Shown here in pieces: positions 52,590 through 64,000 of a DNA stretch of 64,000 nucleotides; positions within the stretch are counted from its first letter, which is position 1, and each line of letters begins with the position of its first letter. Position numbers and translations under genes: made by a program. This DNA comes from Octopus vulgaris (Eukaryota): assembly GCA_951406725.2 (NCBI GenBank), contig OX597836.1, forward strand, positions 13,950,001 to 14,014,000, written 5' to 3'. The notes below the pieces were generated by a model, which saw nothing but the letters and a program-made list of their open reading frames with translations, searched no databases and had not been told where the DNA came from.

Positions 52590-55213
52590 TAACACATCTG
52601 TTGTGGAATACAGATCTTCTTGGGTACAGCAAGACACCAAGTATCTAGGTCCTTCATCATCTCATCTGAAAATTTCAGGGTCCTGAGGTCCTTCTTCAGT
52701 ACTTAACACATCTGCTGTGGAATACAGATCTTCTTGGGTACAGCAAGACACCGGGTATCTAGGTCCTTCAGCATTTCATCTGAAAATTTCAGGGTCCTGA
52801 GGTCCTTCTTCAGTACTTAACACATCTGCTGTGGAATACAGATCTTCTTGGGTACAGCAAGACACCAAGTATCTAGGTCCTTCATCATCTCATCTGAAAA
52901 TTTCAGGGTCCTGAGGTCCTTCTTCAGTACTTAACACATCTGCTGTGGAATACAGATCTTCTTGGGTACAGCAAGACACTGGGTATCTAAGGTCCTTCAT
53001 CATCTCATCTGAAAATTTCAGGGTCCTGAGGTCCTTCTTCAGTACTTAACACATCTGCTGTGGAATACAGATCTTTTTGGGTACAGCAAGACACCAAGTA
53101 TCTAGGTCCTTCATCATCTCATCTGAAAATTTCAGGGTCCTGAGGTCCTTCTTCAGTACTTAACACATCTGCTGTGGAATACAGATCTTCTTGGGTACAG
53201 CAAGACACCGGGTATCTAGGTCCTTCAGCATTTCATCTGAAAATTTCAGGGTCCTGAGGTCCTTCTTCAGTACTTAACACATCTGCTGTGGAATACAGAT
53301 CTTCTTGGGTACAGCAAGACACCAAGTATCTAGGTCCTTCATCATCTCATCTGAAAATTTCAGGGTCCTGAGGTCCTTCTTCAGTACTTAACACATCTGC
53401 TGTGGAATACAGATCTTCTTGGGTACAGCAAGACACCAAGTATCTAGGTCCTTCATCATCTCATCTGAAAATTTCAGGGTCCTGAGGTCCTTCTTCAGTA
53501 CTTAACACATCTGCTGTGGAATACAGATCTTCTTGGGTACAGCAAGACACCGGGTATCTAGGTCCTTCAGCATTTCATCTGAAAATTTCAGGGTCCTGAG
53601 GTCCTTCTTCAGTACTTAACACATCTGCTGTGGAATACAGATCTTCTTGGGTACAGCAAGACACCAAGTATCTAGGTCCTTCATCATCTCATCTGAAAAT
53701 TTCAGGGTCCTGAGGTCCTTCTTCAGTACTTAACACATCTGCTGTGGAATACAGATCTTCTTGGGTACAGCAAGACACCAAGTATCTAGGTCCTTCATCA
53801 TCTCATCTGAAAATTTCAGGGTCCTGAGGTCCTTCTTCAGTACTTAACACATCTGCTGTGGAATACAGATCTTCTTGGGTACAGCAAGACACCGGGTATC
53901 TAGGTCCTTCAGCATTTCATCTGAAAATTTCAGGGTCCTGAGGTCCTTCTTCAGTACTTAACACATCTGCTGTGGAATACAGATCTTCTTGGGTACAGCA
54001 AGACACCAAGTATCTAGGTCCTTCATCATCTCATCTGAAAATTTCAGGGTCCTGAGGTCCTTCTTCAGTACTTAACACATCTGCTGTGGAATACAGATCT
54101 TCTTGGGTACAGCAAGACACCAAGTATCTAGGTCCTTCATCATCTCATCTGAAAATTTCAGGGTCCTGAGGTCCTTCTTCAGTACTTAACACATCTGCTG
54201 TGGAATACAGATCTTCTTGGGTACAGCAAGACACCAAGTATCTAGGTCCTTCATCATCTCATCTGAAAATTTCAGGGTCCTGAGGTCCTTCTTCAGTACT
54301 TAACACATCTGCTGTGGAATACAGATCTTCTTGGGTACAGCAAGACACCAAGTATCTAGGTCCTTCATCATCTCATCTGAAAATTTCAGGGTCCTGAGGT
54401 CCTTCTTCAGTACTTAACACATCTGCTGTGGAATACAGATCTTCTTGGGTACAGCAAGACACCAAGTATCTAGGTCCTTCATCATCTCATCTGAAAATTT
54501 CAGGGTCCTGAGGTCCTTCTTCAGTACTTAACACATCTGCTGTGGAATACAGATCTTCTTGGGTACAGCAAGACACCAAGTATCTAGGTCCTTCATCATC
54601 TCATCTGAAAATTTCAGGGTCCTGAGGTCCTTCTTCAGTACTTAACACATCTGCTGTGGAATACAGATCTTCTTGGGTACAGCAAGACACCAAGTATCTA
54701 GGTCCTTCATCATCTCATCTGAAAATTTCAGGGTCCTGAGGTCCTTCTTCAGTACTTAACACATCTGCTGTGGAATACAGATCTTCTTGGGTACAGCAAG
54801 ACACCAAGTATCTAGGTCCTTCATCATCTCATCTGAAAATTTCAGGGTCCTGAGGTCCTTCTTCAGTACTTAACACATCTGCTGTGGAATACAGATCTTC
54901 TTGGGTACAGCAAGACACCAAGTATCTAGGTCCTTCATCATCTCATCTGAAAATTTCAGGGTCCTGAGGTCCTTCTTCAGTACTTAACACATCTGCTGTG
55001 GAATACAGATCTTCTTGGGTACAGCAAGACACCAAGTATCTAGGTCCTTCATCATCTCATCTGAAAATTTCAGGGTCCTGAGGTCCTTCTTCAGTACTTA
55101 ACACATCTGCTGTGGAATACAGATCTTCTTGGGTACAGCAAGACACCAAGTATCTAGGTCCTTCATCATCTCATCTGAAAACTTCAGGGCCCTGATGTCC
55201 TCCTTCAATACTT
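52590..55213. repeat. Intronic satellite, 114-bp unit x ~23, derived from an RTE-type LINE 3' end
   Basis: 114-bp period; the last unit runs into GRGRPREVWDEVLKEDIRAL...DLDTW on the minus strand. Confidence 0.95.
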
Positions 55214-55755
55214 CATCCCACACCTCCCTGGGTCTCCCTCTTCCACGGGTTCTATCCACTTTGAGAGATCGGCACTTCTTTATGGAGCTGTCAGCATCCA
55301 ACGCCAATGGCACAGCTGAACAAACCATTAGCACTGGGGTGTACAACTTGTTTCTGCCCACCTGCCATCTTTTGCTGCTTAGTCCTCCCCACTCACCGAT
55401 TTAAAAATACATTCTTTGCATCTTTGTTGAAGTAATAAAGGAGATTTTTTTTCTCAATTTAATTATTTTTTTAATGCTTATTTTTCTTTCTTTTCTTCCT
55501 GCAAAAACACATTGCTAAATAAAAATTTGTTCCATTTAAGTTGTCCGGGATGAATTAGCAACAGTAATAATTATTCCTGCTAATTAGCCTCATTTGTACA
55601 GATGAAAAGATATCTCATTTTCAGATTACATTGCTTCAATTAGTTTAATCACTGATCTTCATTGGGTGTCTTATTTCTGACGGAATTAGAACAGGAGTGT
55701 GTGTGTGTGCAAATGGTGTTGCGTGTGGTTTGTATATGTGCTTTTGTGTGCGTGT

Positions 55756-55790
<35 letters not shown>

Positions 55791-56221
55791 TTTGTATATG
55801 TGGTTTTGTGTGCATGTGGTGTGTTTTTGAGGTTTTGTGTGTGGTTGTATGTGCATGTGGTTGTGTGTGCATATGGTTGTGTGTGCATATGGTCGCTTGT
55901 GTATGTAATAGCACGTGTAAGTGGTTGCATATGTGGTTGTGTGCATGTGTGGTTATGTGTCTATGTAGTTGCGTGTATATGGGGTTTTGTGTGTGTGTGT
56001 GCATCATTAGCTGTGTATGCATGTGGTCTAACCAGAAAGTGATACAATGGAATTCTGGGGAACCAGTGATGGTCTGCATCGACAACAAATGGTAATGGCA
56101 AATGACTGCTGCACCAAGTGGAAGGAATAAGCCCGATTTGTAGAGAAGAGAGAAGTTGAATGATTTTGTACCAATTTAGGCCAGGAAATGTGTTATAGAG
56201 ATACAACGGAAATGAACTTAC

Positions 56222-56299
56222 CAGAATTAAAAGTTGCCTTCACTTTATTAATATCTTCTGTTCGTGCTGATATCCTATATACATTCATAGCTTGATCTT
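56222..56299 (-). CDS. PIK3R1: PI3K regulatory subunit exon 6: RhoGAP arginine-finger segment (KDQAMNVYRISARTEDINKVKATFNS)
   Basis: cag/gtaagt sites; YRxS arginine finger; phase 1-1. Confidence 0.9.
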
Positions 56300-56606
56300 C
56301 TGCAAAACAGAGAGGTAACACAAAAATTGTAATCAATTGAAATGATGTTTTGCGTCATCATCGTTTAATGCCTGCTTTCCATGCTGGCATTGGGTTGGAC
56401 AGTTTGATTGAGGGCTGGCAAGCCAGTAGGGTGCATCAGGCTCCAACCTGATCTGACAAGGTTTCTACAGCTGGACGCCCTTCCTAATGCCAACCACTCC
56501 GAGAGTGTAGTGGGTGCTTTTATGTGCCACCGGCACAGAGTCCAGTCAAGGGGCACTGGCATTGACCATGTTCACACTCACAAAAACATGTACATGTATG
56601 CACACA

Positions 56607-56655
<49 letters not shown>

Positions 56656-57144
56656 ATAATAATGAAATTATTATATATATATATATATATAAATATATAC
56701 ACCGGTACTGAAATGTTCTTTATAAAATTATTTTAGCATTTTCTATCTTGACTTGTTTTTTCATATATATATATATATACACACATGTATATACAAGGGC
56801 AATGTTGAAAAGTTGCTGCCTTTGGACAAAAAAAAAAAAATAGAAGAGAAGCAGTTTATTATGATTTTATCAAACCTCCTCTGCTCAGACTGACACATTT
56901 ATTGCAGCGGGTTTCAGTTTTCCTTAGCCCCGTAAAAGAACTCAGAAGGTAGGGGCTCCAACTAGGCATTCTATGATGGTCTCAAAACTAGGGACTGTTC
57001 AGCACCCACTCATATATACACACACGCATACACACAGACTCATATATACATAAAAATATATATACACAAACACCTATGTGTGTGTATATGTATGTGTATA
57101 TAAATATATATATATATAAATGTGTGTGTATATGAAAAGACTAT

Positions 57145-57315
57145 TTGCCAACATAATGTGGCAGTCCTGGATGGGACAGATATTACTGCTGTTTAGCCCC
57201 AGAAAACATATTTCCAGCTGGCTATATGGCACAATACCTGTGTCCTTATATACTTTATTTTTGGAGCTAAACAGTAATATTCGTCCCACCCAGGACTGCC
57301 ACATTATGTTGGCAA
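57145..57315. mobile_element. Palindromic MITE
   Basis: ~60-bp inverted arms: ttgccaacataatgtggcagtcctgg / ccaggactgccacattatgttggcaa. Confidence 0.8.
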
Positions 57316-57467
57316 TTATTTTTAATATACACACAGATATATCTATTTATATATATATATATACACACACATATCTATCTATCTATATATATATACACAC
57401 ACATATCTATCTATCTATATATATATACACACACATATCTATCTATCTATATATATATACACACACA

Positions 57468-57529
<62 letters not shown>

Positions 57530-57605
57530 TATATATCTATCTATATATACATACACATATCTATCTACATATACATATATATACATACACATATATCTAT
57601 CTACG

Positions 57606-57645
<40 letters not shown>

Positions 57646-57646
57646 T

Positions 57647-57681
<35 letters not shown>

Positions 57682-57858
57682 CTTATATGCATACAAATAT
57701 CTATATATATCTGTGTGTGTGCTTCAGTGTGCTGTGAGCACACACAGACCCGCTCACACTTTATTTCATATAATCTCTCTAAGAAAACCAGAGTCAGCCA
57801 GGCATAACACACACACACACACACCAACATGCCTAAGCACACACAGAATGACACTTAC

Positions 57859-57969
57859 TGTGATCAGAGCACCATTTTTCTATTTCCTGCACACATCGAA
57901 TGGCTACAGCAGGAGCTTCTGTACTGGTTCGCTGGATCTCTTCAGCCAGATCAACACCAAAATAACTAT
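57859..57969 (-). CDS. PIK3R1: PI3K regulatory subunit exon 5: RhoGAP/BH start ([37 protein letters not shown])
   Basis: tag/gtaagt sites; FGVDL...P-x-V...C-x2-EIE RhoGAP signature. Confidence 0.9.
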
Positions 57970-58019
57970 CTAGAGATTTTTAAAAAAAAAAAAAAATTAA
58001 TAATAATGATAATAATATT

Positions 58020-58859
58020 TTCTACTACAGGCACAAGGCCTGAAATTTGTGGGAAGGGTACAGTCAATTACATCGACCCCAGTGCACAACTGGTACTTAA
58101 TTTATCAATAATAATAATAATAATGATAATAATAATAATAAACGAGATGTAAACAGTAACCGCTCGACAACGTAAAGTATACTAGCCATCTCAATATGGC
58201 TAAGTACTAAGCTACAGTAACACCCACCCTTAGTGGTTAGCCATATTGAGATTGCTAATAATAATAATGTTTTCTATTAAAGGCACAGGGCCTGAAATTT
58301 GTGGGAAGGGTCCAGTTGATTACATCGACCCCAGTGCGTAACTGGTACTTAATTTATCGACTCCAAAAGGATGAAAGGCAAAGTCAACCTTGGTGGTATT
58401 TGAACTCAGAACATAGCGACAGATAAAACGCCACTAAACATTTCACCCAGTGTGCTAACGATTCTGCCAGCTTGCCACTTTAATAATAATAATAATAATA
58501 ATGCTTTCTACTATAGGCACAAGGCCTGAAATTTGGGGGTGGGGGTAAATTGATTACATTGATCCCAGTACTCAACTGGTACTTATTTAATCAACCCCGA
58601 AAGGATGAAAGGCAAAGTTGACCTCGGCGGAATTTGAACTCAGAACATAAAGACAGACGAAATACCGCTAAGCATTTTGCCCAGCGTGTTAATGTTTCTG
58701 CCAGCTCACCGCCTTTGATATGCTAACAATTCTACCAGCTTGTCACCTCACTTTAAGGTAAAGCCACCCTTGGCAGAATTTGAACTCAGAACATAAAGAC
58801 AGACAGAATATCACTAAGCATTTGGCCCAGTGTGCCAACGGCCCCGCCGGCTTGCTGCC

Positions 58860-58900
<41 letters not shown>

Positions 58901-59100
58901 TATAATGATAATAATTTCAAATTTTGACCATAAGGGCAGCTTGGGGGAGGAGGAGAGGAATCTTGGTAGTTATTTTATCAACCTCAAAAGGACAAAAGGT
59001 AAAGTCGGTGTCAGCAGAATTTGAACTCAGAACAGAGCGACAGGCAAAATACTGCTAAGCATTTCGTCCAGTATGCTAACGATTCTGCCAGCTCACTGCT
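58020..59100 (-). mobile_element. Cluster of tRNA-derived SINE family B copies separated by (AAT)n
   Basis: Head GGCGGCGAGCTGGCAGAA...GAGTTCAAATTCC and core GCCTTTCATCCTTTCGGGGTCGAT (MetaSINE-like). Similar clusters at ~4750-5225, 30200-30540, 40980-41940 and 49130-49760. Confidence 0.85.
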
Positions 59101-59184
59101 TTAATAATGATAATAATAGTAATAATAATAATAATAATAATAAAAAAAGAGAGAGATGGGAAATGAATTAGAAAAAGGACTTAC

Positions 59185-59283
59185 TTTGTGTAAAGCTACC
59201 TCTACGAATTGGTTCGTATTTCACTGGATTACAAGATATTATAAGGGCTTTTGAACAGCGTCGATGACAGCAGAGACCACACA
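59185..59283 (-). CDS. PIK3R1: PI3K regulatory subunit exon 4: C1 domain C-half (VCGLCCHRRCSKALIISCNPVKYEPIRRGSFTQ)
   Basis: tag/gtaagt sites; completes C-x2-C-x4-H-x2-C-x7-C; phase 1-1. Confidence 0.9.
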
Positions 59284-60399
59284 CTACATTTAGAGATAAA
59301 GGATGGAGAGAAAAACAAAAGAGAGAAAGAGAAAAATCATTAGCAAGGTTTATTATTATTGCATATATATTCATGTTCATGAATTAACACACACACACAC
59401 ACACACACACATAAGTGATACACTGGTTTGAACATGTTTTATCAAACTTCAAAAGAACTACCCTACTGCGATGAAACGTGATAGACATAAGCATGGCTGT
59501 GTGGTAAGAAGCTTGCTTCCCAACCCCATGGTTCTAGTTTCAATCCTCTGTGAGGCACCTTGGGTAAGTGTTTTCTACCACAGCCAACCAAAGCCTTGTG
59601 AGTGGATTTGGTAGACAAAAACTGAAAGAAACCCATCATATACATATGTCTTTGTGTCTGTGTTTGTCCCTCCCACCAATGCTTGGCAACCGGTGTTGGT
59701 GTGTTTACATCCTTGTTACTTAGTGGTTGGAAAAAAGAGACTAGTAGAATAAGTGGTAGGCTTTAAAAACAAACAAAAAAATCTTGGGGTCGATTTGTTT
59801 GACTGAAACACTCAGAAAGTCTTGTGGACTTTGAAACAATGATGATTACAATATATACCTGTGAGGTTGTTTTATTGTTCAAACAACTTAATAGATAACA
59901 GGTCTCAGGTAGTTTGCAATTTATTGTAATCTTTTATACTCTGTTATTATCTACTGAAGGCAACATGGCTCAATGGTTAGAGCATTGGGCTTGCAATCAT
60001 GAGGCAGTGAGTTCAATTTTCGGACCAGGTTGTGTTATATTCTTGAGCAAGACACTTTATTTCACGTTGCTCCAGTTCCCTCAGCTGTAGAAATGAGTTG
60101 CGACATCACTGATGCCAAGCTGTATCGGCCCCTTTGCCTTTCCCTTGGATAACATCGGTGGCATAGAGAGAGGAGGCTGGTAAGCATGGACAACCGCTGG
60201 TCTTCCATAAACAGCCTTGCACAAACTTGTACCTTGAAGGGTAACTTTCTGGGTGCAATCCCATGGTCATTCATGTCTGATGGCAGAGTCCTTTCCTTTT
60301 CTATCTATCTAGCTAGCTAGCCACCGTTATTTAATTGCATTCTGTAGTTAATTATAAATCTTATTAAGACAGATGAGGCTGATAGACGCAGAAACCTAC

Positions 60400-60516
60400 C
60401 TCGACACTGGAAGCCCTGATGCATGAGTCCAAACAAGAACTTATTACAATAATGGCAGCGCTGCATGGAGGAAAAGTTGTAATCTCCAAACTGGTGTTCA
60501 CAGACTTGACTCTCAT
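60400..60516 (-). CDS. PIK3R1: PI3K regulatory subunit exon 3: C1 domain N-half (DESQVCEHQFGDYNFSSMQRCHYCNKFLFGLMHQGFQCR)
   Basis: cag/gtaggt sites; H-x12-C-x2-C-x13-C pattern. Confidence 0.9.
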
Positions 60517-61043
60517 CTGAAAGATGAAACAACAAGAGTTAGGTAGAGACAATGATGATAGATTTCTTTATTAGGCCACACAGGGCCGAACACAGAGGGG
60601 ACAATACAATGTAGAATTTTTCTTTTCAAAACCAATCGAAATCGTTTTGGAACAAGCACACAAAGAGATAACAAGGTAAACATTTTAATAACAGAAATTC
60701 CCAAAAGGGGGAGGAAATATAACACTGACTAGGGTTATCCGTGGAAAGAAAGGCTTATGAAAAAAAGGAGTGGCTGTGTGGTAAGTAGCTTGCTTAACAA
60801 CCAGATAGTTCCGGGTTCAGTCCCACTGCATGGCACATAAATTGTGATTAAAATTTGGTGAAAGATTTTAATTCAGAACTTTTGAAAATGAGACATTTGT
60901 ACTACAGAGCCAGAGGTGGTTTCAGCCAGGTTGGTATCAAAAGGGTTAAACATTTGATTTTTTAAAATGTTTTTGTTAAATTTTCATCCCATATAAACCC
61001 TATTTACGGAGAAAAAAAAACAAAAACGAATGACTGACTAAAC

Positions 61044-61826
61044 CAGTGGTTTTCAATCATAGTCTGTATGACCCTTGGGGGTTCATATAAGATTTTGTTT
61101 AAATTTACGTGGGGGTCCATATGGCCACTAACAGTCCATATAAAATTTTGCTGTTTAAATTGCTTACAATTCTACAATACACAAAGTAATTTAACAATTC
61201 CTAATATTTACTGTAAATCCTCGAGTATAGTCTGCCCTTGAGTATAATACGCAGGGGATTTTTAGGGGGCTGTACCCATGAAAAACCTAAACCTTGTGTA
61301 TAATATGTACCCCTTCTCTAACTTGACTCAAGGAGGTCTATATAACGTCCTTGGTTTGTAAAACTGTATACGGTAACGTCCTTTATTATTATTGTATATA
61401 TAACATAATGCAAACATGTAGCTTTTTTGTGCATTTTGTTTGCAGAAAATAAAGAAATAACAGTAATAACGTTTAATAAATGTTGCTTACTGTAAGTTAT
61501 GGATGATTCTTTTATGACTTCATTGCTTTCAGGCTTAGCTTAAGGTATTTTAGCGCCCGACTTCACAAAATGCGTCTGAATAAACATTGCTGGATAGCAA
61601 AGAGAGACTCGGACATTGCTTAGAAAATATTTTTCATTTTTAACCTCGTATATAGTACGCACTAGGGATTTTGACCTTTAAATTTTGGGAAAAATTGCGG
61701 ATTATACTCGAGGATTTACGGTAATTATAAAAATATAATGGGATTATTTTTTTAACATGAGGTCCACTTGAGTAAAATATAAATCAATGGGGTCCATAGG
61801 TAAAGAAAAACGGTTGAGAAACACTG
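61044..61826. mobile_element. hAT-type MITE containing a nested Tc1/mariner-type MITE (61211-61721)
   Basis: Outer element: cagtggttttcaa/ttgagaaacactg with TSD gactaaac/gattaaac. Inner element: TA-ctgtaaatcctcgagtata ... tatactcgaggatttacgg-TA. Confidence 0.8.
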
Positions 61827-62006
61827 GATTAAACCTTCTCAAAATACATTCCATTCCAGACATCACTTTCAAAAGCCAACCAACCATTCCTCTCTCTCTC
61901 TCACTCTGTAATTCTGAAATTAGTGTGGTTTGTAAACTTCACTTTCAGTCTAGAGAGGAAAGTGTTGAGATGGTTGTTTGTGACAGAAGATACCTATTCC
62001 ACTTAC

Positions 62007-62067
62007 CACAATAATACTCGTCCAAGTCGTAGATTCCTGAGGCAGGAAGAGGGTTTGTAAATTGGCG
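62007..62067 (-). CDS. PIK3R1: PI3K regulatory subunit exon 2: linker (RQFTNPLPASGIYDLDEYYC)
   Basis: cag/gtaagt sites; 61 nt, supplies the phase 0 to 1 shift needed to join the SAM and C1 exons. Confidence 0.75.
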
Positions 62068-62760
62068 CTGAATATCGGTCAAGATGCAGAGACACAGGAG
62101 GAAAGAAAAAGTAAAAGAAACCTTGGTTATTAAAATAATTTACGTCAAAATATACTTAAACAAACATTAGCAGACATCAAAGTCATAAGGACAGGTCGTG
62201 CCGTGAGGTAAGAAATGTGCTTCTCTGCCAAATGGTTTTGGGTTCAGTTCCACTACATGACCACCCTTGGCAAGTATCTTCGATTATAGCCCCAGGCTAA
62301 CCAAAGCCTTGCGAGAAGATTTGGTAGACAAACTGAAAGAAGCCCACTGTATGTATATGCATGTGTGTCCGTGTTACCGTCTCCTTGCAAAACAGTTCTG
62401 AATGAGTGTCACCAGCAGGCAACCTGTTCCATGAAAACATTTCTGGTCATATGAAAGCATTACCTGACTTGGAAACACGTGAGGGCTGATAACAGGAAGG
62501 GCATCCAACCCATGCAAACATGGAAAAAGGGTAAGAAGATAATTCATAAATACAGGCAGCACATTCCTCTTCATTCTCATTTTTCATTCCAAATGGAAAT
62601 CCAAGACAGCTGATGAGGGATTTGCCAAAGAGGGAAAAGTAGTTGCCTTCTCTCCTTTTAGTCAAATCTAACAACTTTTTTCATCAAAAAAGCATTTTGC
62701 CTAGTGTGCTAACAATTCTGCTAGATCACCACCTTAATAATAATAATAATAATAAATAAA

Positions 62761-62795
<35 letters not shown>

Positions 62796-63536
62796 ATCTT
62801 TCCTACAAAAGGCACAAGGCCTGAAATTTGGCAGGTAGGGGGCCAGTTGATTAGATCAACCTCAGTGTTCAGCTGGTACTTAATTTATTGACCCCGAAAG
62901 GAAGAAAGGCAAAGTCGACCTCAGCAGACATCAGACAGAAGACAACAGCCTGCCCCTTCCAGTTGAAGGAAGACAACTGGGATCATCTTCACAGTGACAA
63001 TGATTGATAACAGGATCCATTGTTCAGGCCACATCATGTCTTCAACAAAATTCCACAAACAAGCAAAGCCCAGACACTCAGCAAATGAATGGAGAATGGT
63101 TTTGATGGACACAGTCTTGGACAGGCCCAGCTGACAGCAATTCTATGCCTATAAAATCTGACCAGCAACGCTTTGCTGGTAGCACTCAGATTTTTTTTTT
63201 CTAATTTTGGCAACAAGGCCTACAATTTTGAGAGGAGATGGGGGCATGTCATTTTAGTTGACCCCAGTACATAAAGAACTGCAAGGAAGGCCTAATGTGT
63301 TAACAACTCTGCCTGCTTGCAGCAGCAACAACAATCCTTTCTACTAAAGGCACAAGGCTTGAAACTCTGGGGGAGGGGTCTAGTCAATTACATCAACCCC
63401 AGTATTTCACTGGTACTTAATTTATCGACTCCAAAAGTATGACAGGTAAAAATCAAGCTCAGTGAAATTTCACTGAGGTCAGAATGTCAAGACGGGCAAA
63501 ATGCTGTGAAGCAAAATAATAAATATTAAGACTCAC

Positions 63537-63617
63537 CTGGTCTGGGTTCCTTTCACAGAGTTCATCAATACAGACCAAAAGGGACTTTTTATGAAACTCA
63601 TCTTTTATACCCATCTC
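63537..63617 (-). CDS. PIK3R1: PI3K regulatory subunit, in-window exon 1: end of SAM-like domain (EMGIKDEFHKKSLLVCIDELCERNPDQ)
   Basis: cag/gtgagt splice sites; 81 nt, phase 0-0; resembles SAM helices 4-5 (E-x-GI-x3-H-x2-K/S-IL). Linkage to the downstream exons is inferred from strand and phase. Confidence 0.8.
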
Positions 63618-63689
63618 CTGTAAATGATACAAGCAAGAATAAAATAACAGTGAAATTAATAATGATGAAGATGATATGAATATTATATG

Positions 63690-64000
63690 TGCCGGTGGCA
63701 CGTAAAAAGCACCATCCGTCCGTGGCCATTTGCCAGCCTCGCCTGGCCCCTATGCCGGTGGCACGTAAAAAGCACCATCCGATCGTGGTCGTTGCCAGCC
63801 TCGTCTGGCCCCCATGCCGGTGGCACGTAAAAAGCACCATCCGTCCGTGGCCATTTGCCAGCCTCGCCTGGCCCCTATGCCGGTGGCACGTAAAAAGCAC
63901 CATCCGATCGTGGTCGTTGCCAGCCTCGTCTGGCCCCCATGCCGGTGGCACGTAAAAAGCACCATCCGTCCGTGGCCATTTGCCAGCCTCGTCTGGCCCC
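63690..64000. repeat. Minisatellite of alternating 63/62-bp units (125-bp dimer) from the internal repeat of a SINE
   Basis: tgccggtggcacgtaaaaagcaccatccg recurs at 63690, 63753, 63815, 63878 and 63940; runs off the window edge. Confidence 0.9.

Noticed and set aside
52660-52705. CTGAAGA-AGG...CCT-GAAA hammerhead-like string in each 114-bp unit (minus strand)
   Set aside because: No stem I pairing; the string is explained as RTE coding sequence (LKKDLRTLKF).

Overview
Repeat-rich, AT-rich animal genomic DNA. The SINE families and microsatellite density suggest an octopod cephalopod (inference). Two intron-containing genes lie tail-to-tail. On the + strand are the last two coding exons of a tetrameric-type glutathione peroxidase (11436-11579, 13595-13801), with a well-formed type II SECIS core about 2 kb past the stop (15836-15883); the Sec-containing 5' exons were not found and probably lie upstream of the window. 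On the - strand are 18 phase-compatible exons (63617 down to 28717, 760 aa, 5' end outside the window) of a class IA PI3K regulatory subunit with an extended SAM-C1-RhoGAP-Pro-nSH2-iSH2-cSH2 architecture and a C-terminal tail carrying its own YxxM motif. Notable oddities in this gene: a tandem duplication giving two identical, frame-incompatible copies of an iSH2 exon; an inverted intronic copy of the nSH2 exon's splice acceptor; and two young intronic satellites (339 bp and 114 bp). The rest is tRNA-derived SINEs, non-autonomous Helitrons, MITEs, LINE, Penelope and hAT relics (some with hammerhead-like motifs) and microsatellites. Most ORFs in the supplied track are repeat artefacts. All coordinates were read by eye; repeat boundaries are approximate.
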